Assembly (NCBI GenBank): GCA_043228905.1
Contig: JBHGNT010000012.1
Location: 18,104,001 to 18,168,000 of the forward strand
Source of the DNA: Azolla caroliniana
Lineage: Eukaryota > Plantae > Polypodiophyta
Length of the DNA stretch: 64,000 bases
Direction of reading: 5' to 3'
A model generated the notes under the pieces. That model saw only the letters and a list, made by a program, of their open reading frames with translations, searched no databases and was not told the origin of the DNA. Below are positions 11,781 to 23,500 of this stretch, in pieces; position 1 is the first letter of the stretch; the number at the start of each line of letters is the position of its first letter. The position numbers and the translations under genes were made by a program.

Positions 11781-13671
11781 ACCCTTTACGAGTAGCTAGC
11801 CCACCTCCACTCTTAGTTCAAGTTGCCTTGAACTCTCTATGCTCCACACATAGACACAAAGATAACATCTTTTGCTCCACCTTATATATGATGAGAGCTG
11901 TATTTGTCGTGCCTATGTGGGATATCTCACAATTTTCTCTTTTCCTTTTACAAACTTTATACCCTCATATCTTGACATTTAGTTGTCCGTTTCTCGTGTA
12001 ATAAAGTGCATTCGAAACCTCCATCATTTTGTACTTAGATATTAAATCTATTTAAAATGTTATCTTCACAATTATTGTACTATGTGATTCATACTCGATT
12101 TTGTACGTTTTATGGGATTTTCACACTATTGCCGAAAATCTTCACGACAGCGTCGACCGCTTTGACGAACAGCAGTACCCGGCTCGTATCAAGCACAGTC
12201 CGGTTCAGCACCGACAACCGCGCGAACCGCGTTTCGAATTCCTAGAGGAGCGCCAATGCGCTCCTCCCCTTTCTAGGGCTTTCAACCCATGCCATGAAGT
12301 CCCGCTTCGACAATCGAAGGAAGTCGTCGAACCCATACTTTTCGAGGAGCCGCTCCCCGAAAAATTCCCACGTTTGGCATCCCGCCAGGACCTCAAGCAC
12401 CTCTGCATGGATGCTCAGCGTCACCACTTGAGGGAATCCGGATAGCTGCCTGTCTTCAGGGATGTCTCTCATGATCATCTCGGCCCAGTAGGCCTCCAAA
12501 TAGCTAATAGCGTTCTTACCACCAAATCGGCCTATGGTGCCGACGATCGATTCTATGGCTCTGTCGAGGGTACTTGCTCCCTCACAAGCGCTCACTAGCC
12601 GATCAACGGCTATTGCCATAGCTTCAACAAGCTCAGATCCCCTCATATTCAACTTAGTTGCCGCCTCCTTCACGTCGGGTTCACCAAATATGTCGTGTTA
12701 CTACGCTTTCGCGGGTGAAAGAGAAGGGACCGCGAGGGCCCTAAACCAAGGAGCGTGAGAGAGGAGAGAGAGAGGGTTTTGCTGAACACAGTGAAAGAGA
12801 GAGAGAGAGAAAACAGAACAATTCGATTATAACACCAAAAATGATTACAACCGGCACACCGACAACGGACCCAACACGGGAATCCACCCACACACACACA
12901 TGCGTCACACGCCAAGCACAGAAACGCGAAGGGAGAGCCTCTGATGGAAGCACACGGGCTGTCCACGAAGCAGAGGCGACAATCTCCAAAACTTGCAGAG
13001 AATGACAACCGAAGGAGGAGAGAGGGAGCTCGGTACTCGGTTTGGCAGCACTTCGTCCTCGCTAACGCACGACGCTCCTGTTCTTCCTTCTCTTCTTCCT
13101 TATATAGGTCGTTGGGGAGAGTCCGTTCTCCTTCAGTCACAGTCACATTACTTTATTCTCTGTCCCTTCGGGCAGAGATATACATCGAATCCCTAATAAA
13201 TGTGTCGCACATAGTATATTTACATCAGCCGCCCGACACATAGTTGTGTACAAGTTATCAATTCACACACCCACACATGGAAGGGCCGGTTCATGCATGG
13301 TTTCTCTCGTTACCCCCTAGGGACGGTTTTCTCCACGACATCTATATTCCCGGTTTGAACCTTTGACTTCAAAATTGAGATAGAAGACACCTTGCCAACG
13401 ACATAACTAGAACTTATTAATTATTATTGATTGCATACATTGTCCCCCTTTTGTTTCCCTTTCTCTCCTTCTTATATAGATGCCCCCATGCATATGTGCA
13501 TGTGAGGGTGTAGTACATGCATACAATACATGAGATGCATGCGATGCATGATCGCCATTTGACGATCATGCATCACATGTGATGCATGATGACCATGTAC
13601 CTTATCTAAGCTCTCATGTACAAATAGTTTCGTGTGAAAAAGTACAATGAACAATAATAACTTTCAAATAA

Positions 13672-13744
13672 AACAACCTAGTCTAATGGTATGTCTATTG
13701 CCTCCTATCTTGGAGGTGTAAGGTTCAAAACCTTTACTTGCACC
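13672..13744 (+). promoter_or_regulatory. tRNA-like A/B-box cassette in the 3' LTR of D (second copy at 19538-19610)
   Basis: TAGTCTAATGG ... CCTCC/GGAGG hairpin ... GTAAGG-TTCAAAA-CCTTTAC. Confidence 0.6.
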
Positions 13745-13766
13745 TCATTGTATGCTTTAGGCTTAT

Positions 13767-13810
<44 letters not shown>

Positions 13811-14700
13811 GAACACCTAAACGCACATCACAAGTGCACATTAACCATCACCCCTTCCATACATGTGCATATTGCACCTTCTCGATTTTACTCGCTCCAT
13901 GTGATTTTCACACTGTTGCCAAAAATCTTCACGACATCCACCCCCACCAAACCGCACGTCCTCCGGTAGTGCCAAGAAGAGAATGTGAGATTTCGGCTAC
14001 GGTGTGAGATTCTTCCACGTCCTCGTTGACCTCGCTCATGTTTGGGGGTTTTACCTTACTATCTTCATTGTTGAGATTATCGTGTTCGGTACCCTCACCT
14101 TGTCTTTTCTTGAAGATCTTTAGTCTTTTTCCCGCAATCGGTATGGCCAGGCTTGATCCGTCTAGCTCCACATATGATATGAACCACCTTCTTGCAAACT
14201 TTCTTGTCGTCTTATGTTGGTTGTCAAAGCTATTGTTGCAGACCAATACCCAACCTTCTCCTTCGATCTTCTTGGGGTGTTGACGATGTGTCTTCTCAAA
14301 TTGAATCTAAAAACTAGGTGCTTCTTCTAATTAGCCAATCCTTTTCTTTGAGATGGGAGATAGAAATGTTGGCAATACAACCTCCTTTGTTTAGTTGAAC
14401 ATCCCACCATCTTGATGCATCTTTTCCTTCCTTCTTGTGTGTTGTCTTTATAATCACTTCTTTCCTTTCTTCTTTACAAGTAATAACCATCCATTTTACC
14501 ACAACCTCATCTTCTTCGATAACAACCTCAATGTTAGTTATACTTACATCATCATTATAATAATCCTTTGAGTTGACGACATCTTTGATCACCGAATCTT
14601 TTTTTACAAGATAAGCATCATATTCAATATCATCTACCCTAAAATTATCCTTCCCAAACACACTCACAACACCAACATTATCGTTATACATATCCCAAAC

Positions 14701-17415
14701 CATAGTATGAACCATGCGTACCATTCGTGCATTCGTGTTCGAGAATGATTCAATCATTCGAGAAGGGTAAACACCCTCGAAGATTGATAAATACCATACT
14801 TTTGGTTAAATTATTTACTATAAGATAAATATTTTTTCAAGGTAAATATTTTTTTTAAAATTGCAAAAATAAACACATTACCTTCTTAATAACAATATGC
14901 ATTTTTTCGTAAATTCTAATAACAACTATCCAAAATGCCTACTCTTCAAAAAAATTCTCAATGAGGTGTTAATCAAAATGAACATTCCTAATCTTCATTC
15001 AAGGTGATATCATCATCATCAAAATCATCATCCTCATCTTGTGCATTCTCATCAATATAAGCCATCACATTGGTGAAGCTCTCATTTTCATCAACTTCTT
15101 GTGCTTCTTGTTCACTTTGCAACACTAATAACCGTTCTTCATCATTTTCTTTCTCAATCATTTCAATAGTAATCTCAATAGGATTGAAACCTCTTTCTTT
15201 AATCTTCTTAAGAATACGAAGATTTGTGTGCAAAAAAACCAATTTTTGCACATGTTTTGAACTCAATCTATTTCTCCTTTTAGTATGTATTAATGAAAAT
15301 GTACTCCAATTCCTTTCACAAGACGATGCACTTGTACCTTGAGATAATATTCTAATTGCAAGTTTCATCAAATTGGGAGTGCTTGCCCCAAAAGTTTCCC
15401 ACCATTTGATTGGTGTGCTTAATCGATTAGCATCCTTTGCAAATGGAACTTGAAACAAATCTGATGCTTGTTTTCTATATGCATAAAACTCATCTATCAA
15501 AGCATTTTGTAAAACTATATTACCACTAGCATAAAGCATGACTATTTTCATCCACCCCATTTGTAAATCATGATCCATTTCTTGACCATTTGCTGTCCAT
15601 AATGGATGTAAGACATATCCAGCTGCATGCAATGGTGATTCCAACATTGTTAGTCTATGTATGCAACACTCTTTTATTTCATCAAGCTTCATATGATCAA
15701 TTTCTGTCATATTGTTTATATCAATCAACATTTGTTGTTTAAATTGATAAATCAATCCCATTGTAGCACCTTCCCTATCAGCCAAACGAAGAAGCTTTAA
15801 AACTGGTTTGCATACCTTCACAATCATCTTTACATCTGCCCAAAAGTTAGCATCCAATACAATTGAAACCATCTCTTCCGCTTTCTTTGTTTTGGCACCA
15901 TTCCAATTGCACCATTGTTCACTAACCACTATTCTTCTCAAACCACCATATACTTTATCATCCAACAAATTTGATAACACAATAAAACTATAAGAAAACC
16001 TAGTCGTAGAAGGCTTAAGCAAGTCTTTTCCACTAAACTTGTGAAACATGGCCAAAGCATATTGTTTTCTAGTTATGAAACCACTAATCTTCATAGCTGA
16101 TCGCAAAATGGCATCAATCCAAGCACATTTGGCTATATCCTCCAACAACAAATCAACGCAATAACAAGTGCATCTAGTGTAAATAATAGATGGCCCCTCC
16201 TTTTCTATCATATGTTCCGCAACCACACAATTTGCAGTATTATCCATACAAACTTGAACTACATTTGATGGTCCAACTTCAAGAATAGCATCCTTCAAAA
16301 TTTTAAATATGTATTCGCCCGTCTTGACATGACCACTTGCATCTATCGATTTCAAAAACATTGTGCCATGTAGTGAAGAAGCTAAAACATTAATAATTGG
16401 TCTATTTCTAGTGTCTGACCAACTATCACTAACAATAGTGCATCCATATGTCTTCCAACATTATAAGATCATGCTCAACATTTACAACTTCTCCATTAAG
16501 ATATTTCTTATGCAATTGATAAGCAGAAGGTGCTTTAAACGAAGGACCCACTTTCGAAACAACCATAAGCATATCATGGAAAAATGAGCTTTCCACTTTC
16601 CGATGTGCAATATTTTCCGCAGAAAAAAATCTTGCAACAGCCTCTTCAGCCTGTTTCCTCAATGCCAATTCAAAAGACATTGGGAGTGAACCACTCGCCT
16701 CTATTTTTTGCTTTTTCGTAGCCATTTTATTCATTAAAATGGAACTAGAAATAGAGGCATCTGTAGACATATCTGCATCAACATTAACACTAGTATTACC
16801 ATTTACATTTGTTTGTACATCTGAATTCAAGTGATCATTTCCATGACACATTGCATTTCTTAACGGACTCCTCACAATATCACTTGCTTTTGTGCATTTT
16901 TCTACACCTTGTCATCTTATTCCCAATATATGGGCCCTAATTCGATGAGGGCCACCAACAAAGACATGATTACAATATTTGCATTTCATCAAATGCGTTC
17001 CTTTTGCATTCTTTACTTGAATTACAACATGTTCCCACCCCAGGCCTTTTTGTATAACCATTAGTTCCTAAATTACTGTAAAACGTAAATATCAAAATTT
17101 CATCACTTCATCTCAGAAATTTCAGAAATTTCATTTTAGAAATTTAAACCCTAATACCTATTATTAAACCTAATTATACTTGAATGTCGTGAGTCGTTGG
17201 TATGCACTGTGCAAATCATTCGAGGCTAGGTGGGAGAGGAGAGGAGAGTGTAACGTTATGTGTAGAGGAGAAGGGGGAAAAAACAAAAAAAAATGAAAAA
17301 ATGAAAAAAAAAATGAAAAAAAACAACACACAAAATTTTTAATATCATTCGTGTTTGTTTTCCAATGTAGAGAAACGAATGATATGGCTGAAGTACACGA
17401 ATTTTACGTACTATG
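14701..17415 (-). mobile_element. hAT-superfamily DNA transposon, 2715 bp, 8-bp TSD TCCCAAAC, inserted in element D
   Basis: Imperfect TIRs CATAGTATGAA / (reverse complement) CATAGTACGTAA. TCCCAAAC at 14693-14700 and 17416-17423. Subterminal CATTCG repeats. Confidence 0.93.
14988..17061 (-). pseudogene. hAT transposase (BED zinc finger, DUF659-type core, hAT dimerisation domain), with one premature stop and one frameshift
   Basis: ATG at 17061, WEHV...CKYC...RAH BED finger, IVSDSWSD, TRF, WWETFG and SASSCERNWS motifs. Stop near 16913, frameshift near 16450, intact 457-aa C-terminal ORF. Confidence 0.9.
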
Positions 17416-17922
17416 TCCCAAACCATCATAGCATTTTCTAGATTATCCTCAATATTATCAACCTTAATCCCATCCTTCCCATACATGCTCACAACATCAA
17501 CATCATCATTATACACATCCCAGATAACATTTCCTAGATTTTCCTTGCTTATACTCATGTGATCATTATGTAACCCCACATCCACATGGACATATTTTTG
17601 CAGAACATCCCCATCATCACAAGTACCTATTCTATTTTCATAATGGATATCCTCATGAATGTCACCATTTGATCTAGTGAAACTCTTATAAAATCTATCA
17701 CGAAGAAAACCAAGGCAACCTAAAACACATGATTTCTCTTCGTCACTCTCACCCTCATCATTACCCCTATCATAACCATATCCACAGAAAGTGCACAACT
17801 TTCTATCATCATAACCCTCATTATTCTCATGGCACTCACTCTCACCATCAATAATGCATTCTCCCTTACTATCATCAAGCCCTAAATAGTGTGTTTCATT
17901 TCTATCATCATCGTCATCATAT

Positions 17923-19035
17923 TTAAATGTAAAGTTTTTCGTCTTTTTCTAACTCCTCTTGTTTGTGGCTCTTATTAAACCTATCATACTTGTCATCAAA
18001 ATTTAAATCATGAGAGTTTCGATCCCAACCTTTCTCACCATCATGGCTTCCGTCGAGTGCTTTTTCATTAGCACAACCATGAAGAGCTCGACATTGATTT
18101 CTCCTCTTGTGTTTATAGTAATCTTTGTCACGATCATAACTTTGTAGAGCTCGAGCACTTTTTGTGAGTTTGTAATGATCTTTGTCTTTGTCATAATCGT
18201 GTAGATCTTGATCTTTCTCTTCAAGCCCACGTTCTTTGTCTGATGTCTCTTCACGATTGCATCCCCAAGTATCTTGGTCTTTCCCCTTGAGCCCACGTTC
18301 TTCATCACATGTTTCTTCACGACTACATCCTTGAGTATCTTGGTCATTCCCCTCGAATGTATGTTCTTCATTCCATGTCTCTTCATGATCACATCCTTCT
18401 TCAGTGCATATCTCTCTTCTCTTGCGTTTGCAATGATCTTCATGACGACAATCATAATCTCTCCCTTCAAGATTGCGTTCTTTGTCACATGTTTCTCCTT
18501 TGTCGAGTTTGCAATGATCCTCGTAACGACCATAGGCATGTCGATGTCGATCTCTCTCTTCGAAACCTTCTTCTTCATTGAATGCCTCTTCACGATCACT
18601 GTGAACATATCCATGTCTCTTGTCAAGCCCATGTTCTTCATCGCGTCTCTCTTCACAACCGCATCCTTGAATATCTTGATCTTTTCTTACAAGCCCACAT
18701 TCTTTGTTGAATGTCTCTTCATGATAGTAATCACGAATATCTCGATCATCTTCATCTTCATCATTGTTGAGAAGCCCATGAAAAGGTTGACGTCCGATTC
18801 TGGACGTCATAACTGCTTCATACCAATCCGGAACTTCTTGATATAATCTTTCGACTTCCCTTGCCAACTTGAGATAATCCATCGCTCTATCCTTATCATC
18901 CTGCAACATCATTTCAATGGACTTCCTTATAAATGGAAGCATTATCAGTCTCGGCCCACCTTCTCTTCTTATAGACTCTTCTAAGTCATAAGCATCCAAG
19001 ACCGCATCCATCATTCGTGATGCCTCCATTACCAC
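17923..19035 (-). CDS. Orphan 370-aa ORF of non-autonomous element D with about 21-aa highly charged repeats
   Basis: Begins just after the PBS. Repeats of the type EETCDEERGLKGKDQDTxGCxR. No retroelement motif recognised. Related decayed coding continues at 17416-17798 and 14314-14700. Confidence 0.55.
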   Translation of the reverse strand: MVMEASRMMDAVLDAYDLEESIRREGGPRLIMLPFIRKSIEMMLQDDKDRAMDYLKLAREVERLYQEVPDWYEAVMTSRIGRQPFHGLLNNDEDEDDRDIRDYYHEETFNKECGLVRKDQDIQGCGCEERRDEEHGLDKRHGYVHSDREEAFNEEEGFEERDRHRHAYGRYEDHCKLDKGETCDKERNLEGRDYDCRHEDHCKRKRREICTEEGCDHEETWNEEHTFEGNDQDTQGCSREETCDEERGLKGKDQDTWGCNREETSDKERGLEEKDQDLHDYDKDKDHYKLTKSARALQSYDRDKDYYKHKRRNQCRALHGCANEKALDGSHDGEKGWDRNSHDLNFDDKYDRFNKSHKQEELEKDEKLYI

Positions 19036-19632
19036 CTTGTGTTTTTGACGTCGGGTTCACCAAATAGATGTCGCGTGGTGCATGACACACGTGCCAAACG
19101 TCGAGATGTACGCGTCACAAGCGCGGACAAGCACCGGGCCTCTATCCGCTAGTGGTTATGGAGGATTGATGATGGGATCATTCAAGATAATGGAACTGCA
19201 GAAGGACTAGTAAAATCGAGAAGTATTAAAGATAAATTGATAGATAGATACAGGTGGGAATTCCTATTCCCGGTTTGAACCTTTGAAGTTTCAAAATTGA
19301 GATAGAAGACACCTTGCCAACGACATAACTAGAACTTATTAATTATTATTGATTGCATATATTGTCCCCCTTTTCTTTCCCCTTCTCTCCTTCTTATATA
19401 GATGCCCCCATGCATATGTGCATGTGAGGGTGTAGTACATGCATACAATGCATGATGACCATGTACCTTATCTAAGCTCTCTTGTACAAATAGTTTCGTG
19501 TGAAAAAGTACAATGAACAATAATAACTTTTAAATAAAACAACCTAGTCTAATGGTATGTCTATTGCCTCCTATCTTGGAGGTTTAAGGTTCAAAACCTT
19601 TACTTGCACCTCATTGTATGCGTTAGGCTTAT

Positions 19633-19672
<40 letters not shown>

Positions 19673-20269
19673 GAACACACATCACACGTGCACATTAACC
19701 ATCACCCCTTCCATACATGTGCATATTGCACCTTCTCAATTTTCCTCGTTCCATGTTATTTTCACACCGTTGCTGAAAATCTTCACGACAACGGATCAAG
19801 GTTGGCCATACCCATTGCGGGAAAAAGAGTAAAGATTTTCAAGAAAAGACAAGACGAGGATCCTGACCTTGATCACCTCGACGATAAAGATAGTAGGACC
19901 GAACCTACAGACTTGAATTATGTGAATGAGGACATGGAAGAATCTGATTAATCACCATAGCTGAAATCTCACAATCTCTCTTCTTGGCACGTACTGAAGG
20001 ACGTGCGGTTTGGTGGGGGTAGATATCGTGAAGATTTTCGGCAACGGTGTGAAAATTGCATGGAATGTACAAAATCGAGTGTGGTTCTTCACACACAATA
20101 AGAAACAATAATAGTGAAGATACTATTTTAGATTAGTTTAATATCTTGGTACGAAAAGATGGATGTCTTCAAGAGCTTCTGAATATACTTTACTACATTT
20201 AAAACGGACAACTAAATGTCAAGTTATGTGAATGTGAAGTTTGAGAAGATTTTAACACAGTGAGTTGCG

Positions 20270-20468
20270 AGCTTTTATTTTTCTTCTCCCTTCTCTGTTC
20301 TTCAAGGAAAATGAAAAACGGAATGTTGTGTGGTGTACTATGATGGCTGGCAGCGGGTTGAAGAACCTCCAACGCTCTGATACCAAATGTTGGGGGCAAG
20401 GCCGTCAATGTTGAAGAGCAGACAACGTTTGTGATGGTGAAGAACCTGCGTATGCGAGTTAACACTAG

Positions 20469-20543
<75 letters not shown>

Positions 20544-23500
20544 CACAAAGAAATAGGATTTTATTTCTCAATAGCAACAATTGCAAGAATTACAACCAGC
20601 CACAACTAACAGGTTACAAAGTCACTTTATATAGTGACTGTCCTAGAGCAACTGCCCTTTGTGCTATTTACAGAAATAGCCCGAACTTGGGTTGTCCAAG
20701 GGGACAGTGTGAATACGACCATTATATACTCGTATTCGACCTTCCCCCATAATGGGCGTATACATGGGTTATCTAAATAATTACAGGTATATATACAAGG
20801 TTTATCGAACAAATCGGTTTTGTCAGAGTCGGCAAGATCCGAAGACAGAAGACCGAACCGGTCGGGTCGGAAGAGCTGAAGCCGATCCTCAGAGAACTGA
20901 TGTCGGTGGTTCGAAATCGTCCTGTGTTGTGTGTCCGACTTTAACCGGACCGATTTTTCGTTACGCCCATCTGGTGCCGGAGGGACCGGAAACGATCTGC
21001 CGAAAGACACTTGGTCATTCCATCTGCGACATTATCGGTTGTGGATATCTTCTGTAGACCGATTTTCCCTGAAATGACGCAGTCCCGAACGAAGTGATAT
21101 CGAACGTTGATATGCTTGGAGGCGTTGTGGTGAACCGGGTTTTTTGTCAAAGCAACAACACCCTGATTGTCGTTGTAGACAACTGGAGCCGAGTCGGACT
21201 CGACCTGTCGAAATGTGTGCGCCAGCCGACCGAGCCATAAGGCTTCTTTTGCCGCGTCGGATGGAGCTACATATTCCACTTCGGTCGTTGAGGTGGCTGT
21301 GCACTCCTGAAGTTTCGACTTCCACGAGATTGCTCCATTGCCGAATTTGAAACAGTATCCGGTTGTTTATTTCCGACTCTCCACACAGCTGGCGAAGTCC
21401 GAGTTGGTGTAACCGACTATGCCTGAGGTTGAGTTTGGGCCGAAGAGAATGTCGTGGTCTTTTGTGCAAGCTAGATATTTGAACACATGCTTGACTGTGT
21501 TCCAGTGCAATCGGCCGGGGTTGTGCATGAATCTGTTGACGACTCCTACGATGTGAGAAATATCAGGCTATGTCGTGACCATCGCGTACATAAGGGAGCC
21601 GACTGCTGGTGCATACGGTACCGACTTCATATCTTCCCCCTCCGGACCGGATGTCGGGCAGTCTCGTTGAGACAGCCGAAGGTTAATGGGGAGCGGGGTT
21701 GAAGCAGACATGGCCGAGTGCATGTTGAAGCGTTCCAAGACATGTCCGATGTAATCAATTTGAGACAAGAAAAGTTGTCGTTGATCGCGATGCCGACTAA
21801 TCTTCATACCAAGTATTTGTCTTGCCGGACTAAGGTCCTTCATGGCAAACTTCAACCGTAGTTTTCGAATGAGTTCGGGGAGCTCTCCGGCATGCCGGCC
21901 GGAGAGGAGCATGTCGTCCACGTAGATGATGAGGAAGACGGGAGACTCGTCTTGAGCTGTTTTGGTAAAGAGACAGTGGTCCTCATTGCTCTTTGAGAAG
22001 CCGACCGATTGGATGAAGTCGTCGAACTTCTTGTACCATTGTCGGGGTGCTTGTTTCAGGCTATAGAGCCTTTTCCTGAGTCGGCAGACTAGATGTTCCT
22101 GGCCGGATGCCACAAAGCCTTTCGGCTGCTCCATATAGATTTCCTCCTGTAGGTCACCGTGGAGGAAGGCCGTTTTTACATCTAGCTGAATCAACTCCAA
22201 GTTTTCGGCGGCCACGACGCCGAGCATGAAACGAAGGGTCGTCATTTTCACCACTGGTGAAAAGATCTCGTCGAAGTCGACGCCATATTCTTGTCGGAAT
22301 CACTTCGCAACTAATCTGGCCTTGTACTTTGGGTTGGTCGAGTCGGACGTCTCTTTTAGTCGATAGACCCACTTACATAGAAGAGCACGTTGATTCTTCG
22401 ATAATTCGACTAAGTCCCATGTCTTGTTTGCCCGAATGGAGTTCATTTCCAATTCCATCGGCAGATGCCATGTGGCTGAATCGGCAGATGCTGATGCTTC
22501 TTTGTAAGATGTCGGTTCGCCGGCATCGGTAAAGAAAATCCTGGGAGAGTACCTCTCCGGAGGTTGCGACAGTCTCTCGGATCTGTGAGGTATGACTGGA
22601 CTAGTCGCGCCGGGTGTCAATGTCGGATGGTCGGGAGCCGAGCCATTCGACTATGCTGAATCAGTGGATTCAGGACGAGAGGTGTCGGTTACCCGTGAAA
22701 CCGATCTGGTGTTGTGGGCTGGGCCTTCATGAAGGGTTGGCACTTCGGACAATATTACCCTTCGGACTTCAATAGGCCTTTTGGCCGTTTTATGCATAGC
22801 CGACTCATTGAACACGGCGTCCGAACTTCGGATGATTTGTATGTGCTCGGGGTCCCAGAGTCGGTATCCGATCTTGCCGTCGGGTCCATATCCAAGGAAA
22901 ACACATTTCCTTGATCTTGGTAACTTTGAGTTTCCGGCGATCGTCTTTCGGTATGAGGGTGTATGCCTCGCAACCGAAGATCCTCAGCTTGTCATTATTC
23001 GGCTTACTGCCGGTCCATACTTCCTGAGGTATTTGAAGTCCTAGAGGTCTACTTGGTGACATATTTATTATGTGTACTACCGTAAGTAGAGCCTCCGCCC
23101 AGAAGCCATTCGATAGTTTGGAGTGTTGGAGCATGGATACTATGCATTCTTGAATCGTCTGATTCATGTGTTTTGCAATTCAGTTCTGCTCTAGAACATA
23201 GGGTGTCGTATATTCATGTCGAATGCCGCGTTCCCGGCAAAATTTGACGAATTCGTCAGACTTGAATTCTTGTCCATTATCGGTTCGAAGACATTTTAGT
23301 TTCTGACCAGTCTGGTTTTCGACCATTGTAAGACATTCGGAGAAGATCGAGAACACTCGATCTTTGGTTCTAATGGGGTAAGCCCACACCTTCCGAGTCG
23401 AGTCGTCAATAAAATTGACGAAGTACGAAGCACCGCCGAGAGACTGATGTGGCATCGGGCCACAGACGTCCGAGTGGACCAAATCGAGGGGACTTGATTC

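Larger units (their letters stand above)
11071..12149 (-). mobile_element. Solo LTR of the tRNA-Trp lineage (C-type LTR), TSD GCGT
   Basis: TGTCGTGAAG...CTTCACGACA flanked by GCGT at 11067-11070 and 12150-12153. Similar to the LTR pieces at 20024 and 41190. Confidence 0.9.
9462..12673 (-). pseudogene. gag: gag-protease ORF of element E, decayed and split by solo LTR 11071-12149
   Basis: 12242-12673 gag N-terminus, zinc knuckle CLWCDAFGHARRDC, protease LIDHGSEIN in 9462-10109. Confidence 0.85.
4618..13340 (-). mobile_element. Element E: full-length but decayed tRNA-Trp Ty3/gypsy (LTRs 4618-5267 and 12691-13340), inserted in the 3' LTR of D
   Basis: Two 650-bp direct repeats TGTCGTG...CACGACA. 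PBS TGGTGAACCCGACGTGA at 12670-12686, PPT at 5268-5284. gag-PR-RT-RH-INT fragments in between. Confidence 0.93.
4413..19790 (-). mobile_element. Element D: non-autonomous tRNA-Trp LTR element (5' LTR 19069-19790; 3' LTR 4413-4617 plus about 13345-13936), TSD ACAG/ACGG
   Basis: Matching LTRs, PBS at 19048-19062, PPT at 13937-13953. No RT or RH; only an integrase-tail remnant at about 13990-14300. Confidence 0.88.

Noticed and set aside
14988-16361. hAT transposase as a captured or domesticated gene of element D
   Set aside because: It is bounded by its own TIRs and an 8-bp TSD and has a stop and a frameshift, so it is an ordinary insertion.
18274-18846. Hydrophobic antisense ORF as an env-like membrane protein
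   Set aside because: It is the reverse complement of the purine-rich repeat ORF, so the hydrophobicity is a compositional artefact.
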